Assembly: GCA_030141605.1 (NCBI GenBank) | Contig: JAQGDQ010000925.1 | Span: 15,907 to 79,906 of the forward strand | Direction: 5' to 3' | Length of the DNA: 64,000 nucleotides | DNA from: Tubiluchus corallicola | Lineage: Eukaryota > Animalia > Priapulida | Shown: piece after piece, positions 39,668-52,347 of the stretch | Position numbering within the stretch: position 1 is the stretch's first letter | Layout of the letters: each line of letters begins with the position of its first letter | Made by a program: the position numbers and the translations under genes | The notes under the pieces: generated by a model | What the model was told of the DNA's origin: nothing | Databases searched by the model: none | The model's input: only the letters and a program-made list of their open reading frames with translations

Positions 39668-42520
39668 AACAGCGCAGTAACAAATTTTATAAAGCATGCC
39701 AATATTAGACCGTGAAAGTCAGATATGTCTAGTTATACAAAGTTATATGTGGTATATAACTGTATATCGAAATATGCAGGATCATTGCATCTTTTCTGGA
39801 ATCAGCCTTTCATGTTAGGAATCATTTATTGTCTTTAAAATCTAGGTACTATTGTGTAGACTGTAGAGAGTTATTAAGTACTACTGTATGTAACATTGTT
39901 GTGATAACTATTTTTAATGCTTGTATTAATTAGTTGTTATTTGTTCTGTACGTTTGTGCCACAATATTCCTTTGTAAGGGGATTTTGTCTCTAGTAAACG
40001 TCTCTTTCACTGTTGATTAAATCTGTCTTGTTTATTTGTAATGTAATGTATGTCATGGTGGTTGAATAAACAAACACGCGTATGGTAAGAAAATCGGCAT
40101 ACTATTATTTTTGCGCAGAATTCCAGGTTTATTTTGTCATATTTCTACTGCAATATTTCTTTTGGAGCACCTTGTATATGTTTTTTACGATAATGTGTTT
40201 CATTGTGGAATCTAACTAGCGTAATATCGTCACTGTAGTTCAATATTTCTGCAACTAAAACAGGATGATATCGTTCTATCCTTTGCTTTTTCAAGGTCAG
40301 TGGCGAAAAGGTCAGTGTCATACTTTACTGTATAGTGTAGACAATGTTAATGTACATTGCATGCAGCATTGTACTACTTACCATTCTAGCTAGTACTTAG
40401 TAGTAAAAAAGCTACTACTTTTCAGAAACTTGTGCAAACTGAAAATTATTCATTTGTTCGTACTTTAGTCTTATTGGTATGTTTCGTTAAGCATATCACT
40501 GGCCAAAGATGTCATTCAAAGGTCAAAAAATCATTTCCTATTTTCCCGAACTACATCGATGAGCAGTTTTTCTTCAGAGACTTTCAATAACTGATTTCAT
40601 CCACTAGCTGAAATTTTTATTACATGTTTTTCATTTTATTCCTTTCGAATACACTGTCTGTCAGGCTTGTTTTAGTGAAAGATAGTTACATTATTTTAAG
40701 ATTTCGTTCATCTCTGAGATCATTCTCTACATGTACTCGTGTACTTGAATCGACTTTTTGTTACAAGTATGTGGTATACGTAAAGGGTAAGATTAGAAAT
40801 GTACCTTAAACTGTTAGCTTTGGTTTAATTTGATAACACTTTATAAGGTTAGACTGGGTTAAGATAGGATAGATTGATTAAGTCATCATTTGTTACATAG
40901 ATCAGTTTGAAATAATTCACATTAAAATCTGTTTCTTGTTTCCCACTGTTTTTATGCCATTGCACGGCAGATGTTAGTTCTTTTTAAGAGTTTATAGCCC
41001 TTGTTGAGTGCTGTATATTGATGTGTAAATGCTCTGGGAAGCTCTCAATTGGTGTAATTTTCCCTCGCCCGTCTAAGAAACGTGTGATTATGTTTGACAA
41101 TAAACGTATTGTTTGCGGTTATGAAGAACAGTGTTGTAGCCAGAACCGAACTCATTGAAATCTAGTAGTCTAGTCAGCTGACTGACCTTAGGACAGTAGC
41201 CACGGGAATATAACAGCCAAAACTAATGTAGTTTGTGGTGGGAAGTTTTTTGAATTTTGATATTTTAGCGATGATCAACATAGTTTAGCGTAGAAAGTTT
41301 TCTTGAATATTTAAGCGATGATTTGTGCTGCTTTCTCGCCACTGAAGACCCAGTTTTAAACTGTTGAACTTGTGCCACGTGTACTGTAATTATTGATTTT
41401 CTGATTAGTGGCATATCTGCTAGTGCTCGATGACGGGTTGATGATAAAGAAGCTTTGTACAGTAAGTAATCACCTATCTGTACATTTCATTGTGACCTAA
41501 TTTTGCACATTAATGGGGAGTAATATATTTCGTGTGTCTGCATGCACCGAACCTCCGGAATTAAGGATGCTGATTAATCAATTACTTTAATTTACCAGTA
41601 GTAATAAAATTTGTAGAATTTTGTTTTCTCTTATTTAATTACATGACCGGCGAGATAACTGTATTGAACTATATGTACTATAATAATGATGCTAAACAGT
41701 ACAAAACAGCTCTGCTGGACATCATTTCTTTTCTTGAATTTGTAAATACGTTGTTAAACATCATTCACAGTATGTAACTAACACAAATGCAAAACTTAGT
41801 ATCATGTCATTCATCATAGTCTAACGTGTGCATACAAAATTGTAAAGTTTCCTTCCAAATTATTGGTAAACGAACAGATGGACAGGCAAGCAAGCAAGCA
41901 CAGTGTGATTTTCGATAACAGATCATCATATGTAAAATTTTATCTTGTTTTGTACTTTAAAAATCTTATTTTCTTAATTTGCCGCTTGTTGAGTCGATTA
42001 CAAGTTAATTTCGTTAACATCCTGCCAGCGTGAGCTTTTGTCATTGGTTTATTACTGTTAAATCGATTTCAGATTTTCTAAGGTGCCCTTTGTGAATGTT
42101 GGTACGCCTTAACAGCAAGTCTCTCGTATCAGGCTACTCCCGCAGTTTGAAACAGCGCAGATTTCCCTCCCCTAACGTGGACTAATATGCAAATGTTATA
42201 ACAAACAAAAGTGCTGGAAAATAGAACTGAACGATGCTAGTTTTTGTTATTTCACTAGCATAATTTTACTGAGGCATTTTAAAAACACGAAATAAAATTC
42301 TCTAAGCATCAGTTTGCCATATGTGCGAGATCTATGGCAACTTCTTGTCTAGTTTAGCACCTACTTGCTGTCACTTTTCATCTTTTCAAACAGGAAATAA
42401 GTTCAATGTATTGATCTTAAATGGCGCCTTTTTGCACTGGAATCAATAACCTTTAAGAAGCGTTACGTCCAATGCAGAAATTTTTGATGAATCAAAACTG
42501 AAAAAAAAAATCGACCAGGA

Positions 42521-42678
42521 CTAAAGTTTACAATTCCCCACACACAAGAAATTAGTTCGTGAAGCGGATTAGGATTAGGGATCGTGTTGGCGTTAGGATT
42601 AGGGTTAGGGTTGGGTTAAAGTTTGGGTTAGGGTTAGGATTGTGGTATCTAAATTGTGTAGGGACTTGTAAACTCCTT
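42521..42678. repeat. Short TIR element with TTAGGG-like core, copy 3
   Basis: agtttacaattccccacac / gtgtagggacttgtaaact inverted ends with a longer degenerate TTAGGG array. Confidence 0.7.
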
Positions 42679-43284
42679 CCTAGACTTGTTAAAACACAAT
42701 TTTGTGTGCTTACTCGATATGTTTTTTCAAAAATTTTCAAGTATAGGCCTGAATGTTTACGATCATTGATTTTTCTTATTGCTTCTAGTCACTGATCAAT
42801 CACATTTATTCAGGTTGGGTAGTTGAACACAATCGCGCCAGCTTCCAGGATTATCAGAATGTCAGTTCTTGATGTTATGATAGTTGCCAGCGTCAAATAA
42901 TGCTGTTGATTTTGGTGTATTCTGTTGATTTTGTTAGCAGACAGTCAAATTCAAGATTATGTTCGCAATATGTAAGCCTGCGATGTATGAAGCAAAACGA
43001 ACAAAAACGCTTTCTTGCGCTCCGCGAGACTGTTTTTCTTTTTTTTCCTTTCTCGTTCTCTTAATAGGGTGCACTATAGGCAACTGTACATTGTATAAGC
43101 CAGTGTTTGGTGGGTGTGGACTGGCTGTTCAGTACTACATTGATGAATCATTGTCACGTTCCAAGTAACTGTAGGGCGTTTCAGATCTCTAGAACATTCG
43201 TTTTTGCATTTTGCTACTTTTGATACAGGTAATTATAAACTAACTAATTAATACGGGAGGTGACTCAGGTAAGGTCCTTTTAAT

Positions 43285-43356
43285 ATGTCATCCGTGCGGA
43301 AAATAGCACCCTCTGAAGCTACTGATACAGTTAAGTTACAGTATTTGGATTTGCAG
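43285..43356 (+). CDS. Candidate alternative first exon of TACC (MSSVRKIAPSEATDTVKLQYLDLQ)
   Basis: ATG plus 23 open codons ending in a consensus donor CAG|GTAAGT, phase 0, compatible with the 50874 acceptor. Confidence 0.4.
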
Positions 43357-44399
43357 GTAAGTGCTACCATCTATCAGCGAGTTTGCACAACTATTTGGAA
43401 CTGATTCTGACTCATTCGTGACTTATCGTTATCGACGAACCGTTTACATAAATTCTATATTAATGTATTATGTGTAAAACATGTTAATGAGATTATCTTT
43501 GGAAGGCTATCAGTAAGGCTATAATTCTATTTATTCTGATATAGGGAGAATGTGAAAACATAACAATGTGACATTTAAAATTTTTGTTTTACAGCATTTT
43601 ACACTTGCCATGATATGAGTCTTTATTCCTCAGTTGTTGCTAGATGTTAGTACGAGGTCTAGTCTAATTACCCAAAGCAACAGCCTAATTTATCATAAAG
43701 TTTATAAATAAGATTGATCTTATAAAACTCTTGAAATTTATTAAATATTCAAGTAAAGTTTCTAGATATTTCTTTTGTTGTTTTCTACTCCATGCTTTTA
43801 TCTGACCTGTGAATTACCTGCATTAATTATTTATGTAACTCATTAAACGTAATTGCAGTGGTGTATTTTTCTTTCGCTACTTAAAACTGAAGCTCTTCAA
43901 CTCTTAATAACAAATTTCACAGATAGATGGAGCCAAGTCATAAGGGAAAACGTTGAATAATAGACTCAGTTTAGTAGATTGAATGTCTTTTTTGCATTGT
44001 GACACTAAGCTAAAAAAAACTTTATCCGTCAGTTTCGCTCCAGATGACATTTCTGCCAATGTAATTGGATTAAATGCCTACATCTTAACGTTGTTTTCAC
44101 ATGTTACGGATAGATGGAGCTAGTTGTATGTAGAGGAAAGTTTGAAGTAGCAGGACTTTGTTGAAATCTTTTCTTTATTAAGCATTGCGAAAAAATATCT
44201 TTACTCTGAGATTACTTTCTAGCTAAGACAAAATGTCGGTGTTATGTTCTGGTCTAATATGTCCAGGTTTAGGCTTTTAAGTTAACAAGCTTTTAAACTG
44301 TGCTAGGACAATTGACAAGTCAGTTGGCTAGTCATCATGAACTGATTCTGGAGAAATGCATTAAGATTAGTGTAGATGCCTTCTTAAAATACGGGTCTC

Positions 44400-45805
44400 A
44401 AAACTTATAACTTTATCTCACATACCACTTATTTTCTCGGTAGACCAAATCAACAACGCATTTTTCCAACGGAATGTGACGATGGATGACAGAAACTGAA
44501 ATCCGAATCTCTAATTTTTATCCATTTTCTGTGGCTATAATTGTCGCATCAAGAAAATAAATTGTCTTCAAAAAATTGTGATTTTGACGCTGTTTACAGT
44601 TAGAATTGTTATTAAAGACGAACGGTAGATTTTTAAGACAGCCCTTTTTGTAACTTGCCTGTTAAATCGACCGTCTCCGTCGAGTTCCACGTGTGCACAG
44701 CCAACGTCTTCCGAATCAATACGACATACCTTAGTTTAAAAAGCTGCTTACTGACAACGCCGCGGCTAACATTAGGCGCTGGCTGCAGTGAACGCACTGA
44801 AATTAATTTATAACAATACTATCAACATGAAAACTATTGCAGATTGATAAAAAATACTGGAATTATTTTGGTAAGGTTCCGTTGTGAAATTTAACCAGAA
44901 TTCATTTGTGTACCTACAAACGCGGTGCCCACAAAGGATCATTTGTTCTCGGCGGCAAACGTCAGACCTACTTTAAAAAACAGCGGGATTTGATACAGTG
45001 GACTGGGTGGAAGAAGAGTCTGTAGATTTTTGTCGTGAACTTCGTGCGTGGACTGATTCGTGGAACATTGTGATATGTAGATGAATACAGTAAATTAATT
45101 GGTCAATTTCCACTGGTGTTGATTAATTCATGCGTCTATGAGCTCAGCTGGTCACAGATGTTTGATTGCTGTAATGATTGCATACGCTTAATCTAAGGAA
45201 ATTGAACTCGGCTAGCTCATAACTCTTGACAATTTGGACTGAATAAATAAGAAGTTCTGTACCAACGCAAAAATTGACTGTATGAAATTTCTCAATACAT
45301 TGGTGTTTTTTTCATTTAGTGAAGCTACAGTTTTAGAATTTACAACATTACAAAGTGCCATTTTGGATCTTACGTGACATTTCATCGAAGTGCCTTACTT
45401 GTACTTAAACTACTGTACTCCACATAGTGTACTGTACTTTACTATATTGTACTATATAAAATTATGGGTTACATTGCAGCTTGCAGGTACATAACTGTTG
45501 ATAACTTTTTCCTACATGGCAACGAATAATTATCTACTTCAATACTATTAACCTAGGCAAACAGCTCATGTTTGAATAAGTACAACAATCCAACAGTTAT
45601 TTCTGGCTAGCTAGCCTAGTCGAACTTTATTTGGTAGTATAGTATACTCAAGACTGGCTCTGTATGGCTACCTGGCTCCCACCGTCACATTCCGTTGGAA
45701 AAATCAACACGGATATTTTTACTGCGTTTTTGAAGTGGCCTACCGGAAAAATAAAAGTGCTGCGGTAGTTAGTGTGACTGTGACACGAAGCTATAACTTT
45801 TAATG
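44400..45805. mobile_element. Probable old non-autonomous DNA transposon bounded by degenerate inverted repeats
   Basis: tttttccaacggaatgtgacgatgg (~44461-44485) is inverted relative to ccaccgtcacattccgttggaaaaa (~45679-45703), with weaker similarity extending outward. Confidence 0.45.
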
Positions 45806-46951
45806 CGTGCAGGTTCAAAGAGTTTCAGTCTACAGACTTCGTGTCTTTTGTGTCGACATTAGAAAATTTATATTGTTCTGAGGTTGAACTATTTTGAAGT
45901 GCGTGCGTTATATTACGCTTGTTATACAGAGTAAAAAAACTATACAGAGTAAAAAAAACTCCAAAAATCCACCAAAGTGACATGCTCAAAACTGTTTGTT
46001 CAAACTGTATAATTTTCAGCTTGTTAAGTTTTGATATCATCAGACACTCACAGACAGTCCTGTACTTCTAAGACTTTAACAGAGTGCCGACTCTTATCTT
46101 AACCTTGTGGTAAAATTAAGCGAATGTCGCGAAAATTAATCTTTAACGATATCTGAATTGAGTTGTTCAACTTGTTCGTGAACTTGAGAAATCTAAACGA
46201 GTTTCAAATCAGTCCAGTTGGCTTTTGTAGTTTTGTAACATGTTATTCGTTCATTTTGAATAGAAAAATCGCCGAATCGCAGCATAGTAGTTGATTGCCG
46301 CGAAATTAAATTCAGCTTTTCCTTAGCAACAATATCGTCGATTAAGTATGTGTATAAATAACACGAGAAAGTGCTCGCATTAAAGTACTAGCTGGGATGG
46401 TTTATGTGCTTTGCGATTTCGAATTTGTTTTGCCTGTTCGTAGTTTACTGATCGTCTGAGAGATTACTGAGTGTATTAAAGCATTACTGTTGATCCGTAA
46501 CAAAGTATGTTATAATATCTAGCTAGCTAAATGACTGATCGTTATTGCGAAGGATCGAACGATTGATTTTGACTTTTATAAACGGCTGGGAACATTTTTG
46601 GTTCGTTTTGTTTGCCTAGAATGTTGTGTCACGGTTAGTTCTCGTATTCTCGATTACACAGTATTATTTGAAGAATGCCACGGATCTAGATTTATTTGTG
46701 AAACTGGGCAGAACTAAACGCGACCGCAAGGGATATGATAGTACTGTAGTGCCTGTGCTAAGCACTGGTTTATTATTATGGAGGATAGACAAAATTTTCA
46801 CGTTTGACTTCATGCATTCACAGCACATTGTTATCCGGGAAGTGTTTAACCGTGATTTCGTCGGAAATGTATGCGTTCGAAATGTTCGAATTTTCGCCAT
46901 TTTATCGGATAAACCTAAGTGTGTAGGCGTGTGACGTATAATTGCTTAGCC

Positions 46952-46987
46952 ATGAATTTTTACGTAAAGTTGATACCGCTGCTAAAG
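46952..46987 (+). CDS. Candidate alternative first exon of TACC (MNFYVKLIPLLK)
   Basis: GCCATG start context, 12 codons, donor AAG|GTAAAA at phase 0, downstream of a CpG-richer stretch (~46100-46950). Confidence 0.4.
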
Positions 46988-47545
46988 GTAAAATATTTCT
47001 TAGTACTCCATTGTTCTTTTACAAAATTTAGGTAATGCGATTTTGCTGGTTTTCACATTTTGAAAAAAAATACTGCTGTTCCCCCGTATGTATTAGTAAT
47101 CGAGTGATACCACCAGAAACATCGTATAGAGTCTTCTTATTGGTACTTTAAACGAAAGATTGTATTGTTGAAGTTTTGTGTACAGTAGCAAAGTTAAAGT
47201 TTGATATTGTGCCGCTTTTATTCACAGTGGAAATTCATAATACAGGAAAATTGACCTAGGTTATGTACAAGGTGTTAAAATTTAAGTGTTGCACTGTGCT
47301 TTACTCAGTATTACTGACTGTTGATCTAAATGCACTTGAACTACATTAGGTACTTCATTTATGTAGCGAATGAAAGTGGTTACAGTATATGCTTAGATAC
47401 AGTATATGCAAAGTTAAGCAGTGACGAACTTGGTTAGTAACTGGCTGGGTGATAGTTGGGAAAACTACTTAGCGATTTCATCTATTTCTTTGAGGCAGGA
47501 TGTATAAATGAACCATGATGAGACAATCGTCGTTAATTACATCAT

Positions 47546-47995
47546 GACTGAATGTCATAAACGTTCATAAACCATTACGGTTTATGTTACAGCAGGGGCA
47601 ATGAGTTGAAAAAAGAAAAGATACGCTGAAAAATTTTGCACTAGTCAAGATTTAAACTCGAGACTCCTGTCCTCTGGTCACCAGAGCAACCAGTTCAACA
47701 TGACAGAGCAGGCCCGAAATTTCATCCTTGTAGTAGACAATTCAATAGCAACACCTCTACCCATGACAATAATGGGATACTTATAGTAGCAACTTTTTTC
47801 GGGCCTGCTCTGTCACGTTGAAGTGGTAGGACAGGTGGTAGAGCATGGGAGGTCTAATCCCATTCCCAGGTCTCAAGTTCAAGTCCCAGTTGGTTCACAA
47901 ATTTTTCAGCATCTCCTTTCTTTCGTCAACTTATTACCCACAATTGGTAATAATTGTTGTGAAATAAATCGCGATGGTTTCTGAACATTTTGGCA
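47546..47995. repeat. Inverted pair of tRNA-like (SINE-like) repeats
   Basis: ttcaacatgacagagcaggcccgaaa (to 47719) mirrors tttcgggcctgctctgtcacgttgaa (from 47797). The right arm has ggtagagc and gttcaagtcc A/B-box-like motifs. Confidence 0.6.
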
Positions 47996-50873
47996 TTCAT
48001 GGTCATTTGCCAGTTAATTTGACAAAAAAAGCATGTTAAGACGCCGCTTCCATTTCAGGGTTTCTCGGAGAATACTGATGATCATGAGCTACATTCTGGT
48101 CCTATTAGAACCAGAGAGCCCATCTGCATTAGAATGTACTCATTCTGAACATATGCATTTCATTCGGTTTACCACGTAGACTTACTTAATTTTCATGTAA
48201 TCATGAATTTACTGAACGCTTACTTTATTGTGTAATGCATGTACGCATTGAATTTTGCATGAACACAATATGCAACTTTTATACTAGATCAAATATCTGC
48301 TTTAGAAGTTAAATCATTCTTAAAGTACGTGTATTTAAATGGCAGTGGTGAATCTCACTTAGACTAATTTCAATCTGTAAGTAAACAGTGAGTAGTGACT
48401 GTACTTCACTCATTTAATGCCATTCAAAGTGTACTACTGTACTTCACGATGCATGATGATAATTATACAAAGACATAACCTTTGCCGTGTTCTGTTAAGT
48501 CAAAGTAATTTTTCTAACTAACAGTTTAGCATTGATTAAAACAGGTTCGGTTTTGTTTGCACAAGGAACAGTTTAATAGGGTCACATATTTATTATCTGT
48601 AAAATAAATATGAATTTGTCTTAATGTTTCCGTCAGTTTGCCGTTTGTTTGAATCCAAAGCTTTATTACTGCATTGAAAGGTTCAAAGGTTGAAGAGGAA
48701 AGTTGACTAAATTTAGCCATAAGAGTAATTTTTGGGAAATGCTTTTGGGATGTTTATTGTATTTATTATTTTATCCAGTTATGATACAATGGTCTAGGTT
48801 GTAGCGTATGCTTTTCCAAGAGTAGAATCACAGTGTTGCGCAATATATTGAACAAATTTCTTGACGATAAACTTTTTTTCTCGTTTTGAATTAGCTTTTT
48901 CGTGAATTACAGATTTGCTGTTGTCGTTGTTGTCGCAGCAGCAGAATGATGATGATGATGACTGTGATGCTGCTGCACTTGTTGTTGTAGTCACGTAGTG
49001 CCTAGTTAAAATAAAAGCTACAGGCGTTTGGCTTTCAAAAAGAGCTGTAAATAAAAAAAGCTGCTGTTGCACTCTACCTTCCACTAGCATATTTGAGTCC
49101 CTATACTATATATTGTACAGTAATTTGCATTCCACCTTCATGAATGCAGTTCTGTCTAGTTTCTAGTTGTCTAGTTATTACTGCTGAAAGTGTGTGTTAC
49201 TTAGCTGGATCTGTTCACGTGGTCGTGGGGAATTCACAAAATCACTTTTATTGATGATGACCTGCTGTGTTTAAGTGTAAAGTGTACTAGGATCTTGCTC
49301 GTTTAAATGATTTCAGTAAAGATTTTTTAGTTCGCCATAAAAATTCCCATTTTGAATCATTAAAATGTATTAAATAAAAAACATATGTAATCCACTAGAT
49401 AATATCTTTATAACTTGCCTCTGGCTCCCAGGGATATCAAATCTATCAGTCCTTTATTAAGAAAAATATTTTTCAGTGCAAAATTTAAAGCAAATTTACA
49501 ATAAATTTAAAAGTCACCTAATTTACAAATCTTCAGAAAGCATAATTAGATTGCATAAAAGTAAAATAATATGTAAATGTACGTACTGAAATTTATTATT
49601 TCAAACAGATAATAAGGAGTAAATCTTACACGCCTTATATTAGTCATGCAATTTAGGCATTTTAATGCATACTTACATGAATGCCCATGTCGCCAAGCAA
49701 CAACTTTATACACAACTGCATAATGCATTAGATATAATAAACTAATTTTCATATTTATAAAGGATGAAATACGTATCATTGGAACGTGATATTAAATCAC
49801 TTAGCGCACATTTGGCATTTGTATCTGCCACTTAGTTATACTTTACTGTCATTATGATGCAGAACTTTATTCTTATTATTTAGTCTTAGAAAATTCTATT
49901 AGCTTTTGGGAGTTGTAACTGCTTTCTACCTATTTTATGGACCTCATACATGTACGTTTAAAACCAGTATCTCAACACAGAATTAAAATATTCACGCAAT
50001 AAAGTGAGCTATTATTCAGCTGCAACGCACTCACAATTAATTCAGTTACAAAGTTTACAGTGGGACCTGTGAGCAGTGTAGCAGTGTATGCATCGTAGCC
50101 TTTCAGAACTTGTAATGATTTCCCTTCCAATCCGACATGACATATACCTGTACTATTATTTGCATTTTGAAGCCATTTGTAATCAATTTGTGTTAACCCA
50201 TTCTCTCCAGGGAGCAAATTAAGCAGGTGGTTCTTGTACCTGTATGTCACCATTGGCTGCTGTAGGTCTTAGAGTTAATCGGCTATTAACCCAGATCAGG
50301 CAAAACTGAGAAATTTGAAGAATAAGGTGATAATAGGATCTGCAGAGTGTGGGCACCTTCAGGAAGAACAAGGTTGACACAGTTGTAACAGAATCTTTGG
50401 TGCTTATCTTCCAAGCCAGCAGCCGTTCGGTCATGGACAATTCCAATGTAATTTCTTGCTAAATGTGGAGTAGGATTTGGAAACAGCTGCTAGAATTTTT
50501 CGCTTTTGAGTGTAAGAGTTTTGAGCATCTATTATGTCATCAATTTATCCATTTTTATTACTTTATCTGAACTTAAATCTGAAGACGTTAATTGTCCAAT
50601 ATTATAACTAATTCTCAGAATGGTTATTCTGAAAAAAATAGTATCTTGAGTATACTCCACTAGGAATTTTAAAATGATATAAACTTGGATATTAATACCA
50701 TGACCGCTGACATTTTTGTCAAAAGACATAAGTTTGTCTGGATCTGCAATTCTAAAAGTCTAAAATCAAACTCAAGGGTCTGTTCCAAGGTTCTGGAAAA
50801 AAACACATTGGTGTACAAATCAAACTGAAACGTTTATTTCACATACATGATTTTTCTTTTTTTTAATTTGCAG

Positions 50874-51076
50874 GTTACATTTAATACGCCCCTGAACAAA
50901 TCATCCATTGTTGAACCTGAGACACCTGCCGCAAAATATGATGACATACGGGCACTAGATGAGGAGGAACGTTGGGCTGAGCGTACTCAAGTTATCACCA
51001 AGCAGGATCATGTAGATTACGTTCATGTTTCTGCTGAAATCATCGCCGAAATCGTCAACACTGTTCCATCTATAGC
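50874..51076 (+). CDS. TACC: TACC exon 3
   Basis: Strong acceptor tttttaatttgcag|GTT, reads VTFNTPLNKS. Donor GC|GTAAGT is phase 2 and matches 57058. Confidence 0.8.
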
Positions 51077-51232
51077 GTAAGTACAAATGTATAAAAAAAC
51101 ATGTTGATCATATAAAAGCAGTATTAAAGCAGTATAAAAGAAAGAAACCAGGAGGTGCTCTTACGTTGATCATATAAAACAAAATTTGGTACACAAATAT
51201 AAAATTTATAAAAACAATATACTAAAATTAAA

Positions 51233-52170
51233 TAAACCATGTTTATGGCAAAGCCATAAACTTAAGATTCTGCATTATGACCAAAATTGTACTGCTAACT
51301 GCGAATTGCTAAGTTGATCTTCGTCTCAAGATCATAATATTGCTATTGCTGAGTTCTCCCTGGGAAACCCATTTTATAGCAGTCCCATTTAACATTTTCG
51401 CCTATGTCACATGACCTGGCCACGCCCAGTTTTTGAACATTCCTTAGCACATATCTATGCTTGACTGCCTACCCATATGTGCAATAACATGTTACGCTTC
51501 TATTCCAATACTGTAATTTTCACATTTTGGGACCTGCTGCTGTGACCCTGAGGTCGCCATTCTTATATGGCTCTGTGGTAGCTATGTTAAATGTTCACCC
51601 TGCAAGTTTCGTGATTCTAGCTCCTATACATATGGAGTTATTGACCAGACCCCATTTTAACACTTTTGCCCATGTCACGTGACCTGGCCACTCCCACTTT
51701 TCAAAAATTACTTAACGCACATCTACACCTACCCGCCTACCTACACATGCATAAACATTGACTCCTAGTCCAACACTGTAAGAGGAGTTGAGCAACAAAG
51801 CCGTTTGCCCTAATTTTCACATTTTGGCTCCTAACTCAGAACTTTCTAGACTCCAATTTCCAAGAAATCCGTAAGGTACATCTACCTCACAAGACCTAAA
51901 TATCTGTGAAAAAATTTTAAATTTAACCCAATGCCCTATGAGGAAGTGAACAACAAAGAAAAATTGACCACTGGCCTGTGTCCTTGACCCTTTGACCCGA
52001 GGTGACTGTGCGCCATACCACTGCCTGTCCCCCACCCTCACATGTCTACCCACCAAGTTTGGTGACTCTAGTTACCATCACTGTGGAGTTATTCACCGTT
52101 GTAGCATGGAAATAATAATACATAAACGGTTGATTTCCAATAAGATCTTGCTATATGCAGAATCTTAATT
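51233..52170. mobile_element. Non-autonomous DNA element (Helentron-associated/MITE-like)
   Basis: Sub-terminal inverted repeat ttaagattctgcat / atgcagaatcttaa, an internal duplication (~51383-51515 vs ~51651-51781) and a ccttgaccctttgacc motif. Confidence 0.55.
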
Positions 52171-52347
52171 ACACCAAATTTGAATCTATTGCCGACTGGT
52201 TTCGAACAAACTGTTCACTGGCAAGGCATCTAAAACTAAGAAATTTACCAGAATTTAGAAACAACATTGAAATGCAGTTCAGTAGTTAGATAGCCAAAAG
52301 ATATATGATAAACCATTCCATAGATAAATAGCAATCTGCCTTGCAGA

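Noticed and set aside
42580-42640. TTAGGG runs as a true telomere or chromosome fusion site
   Set aside because: Short, degenerate and embedded in a dispersed repeat.
49972-50446. Overlapping minus-strand ORFs in the TACC intron
   Set aside because: No recognisable motifs and the frames are interrupted.
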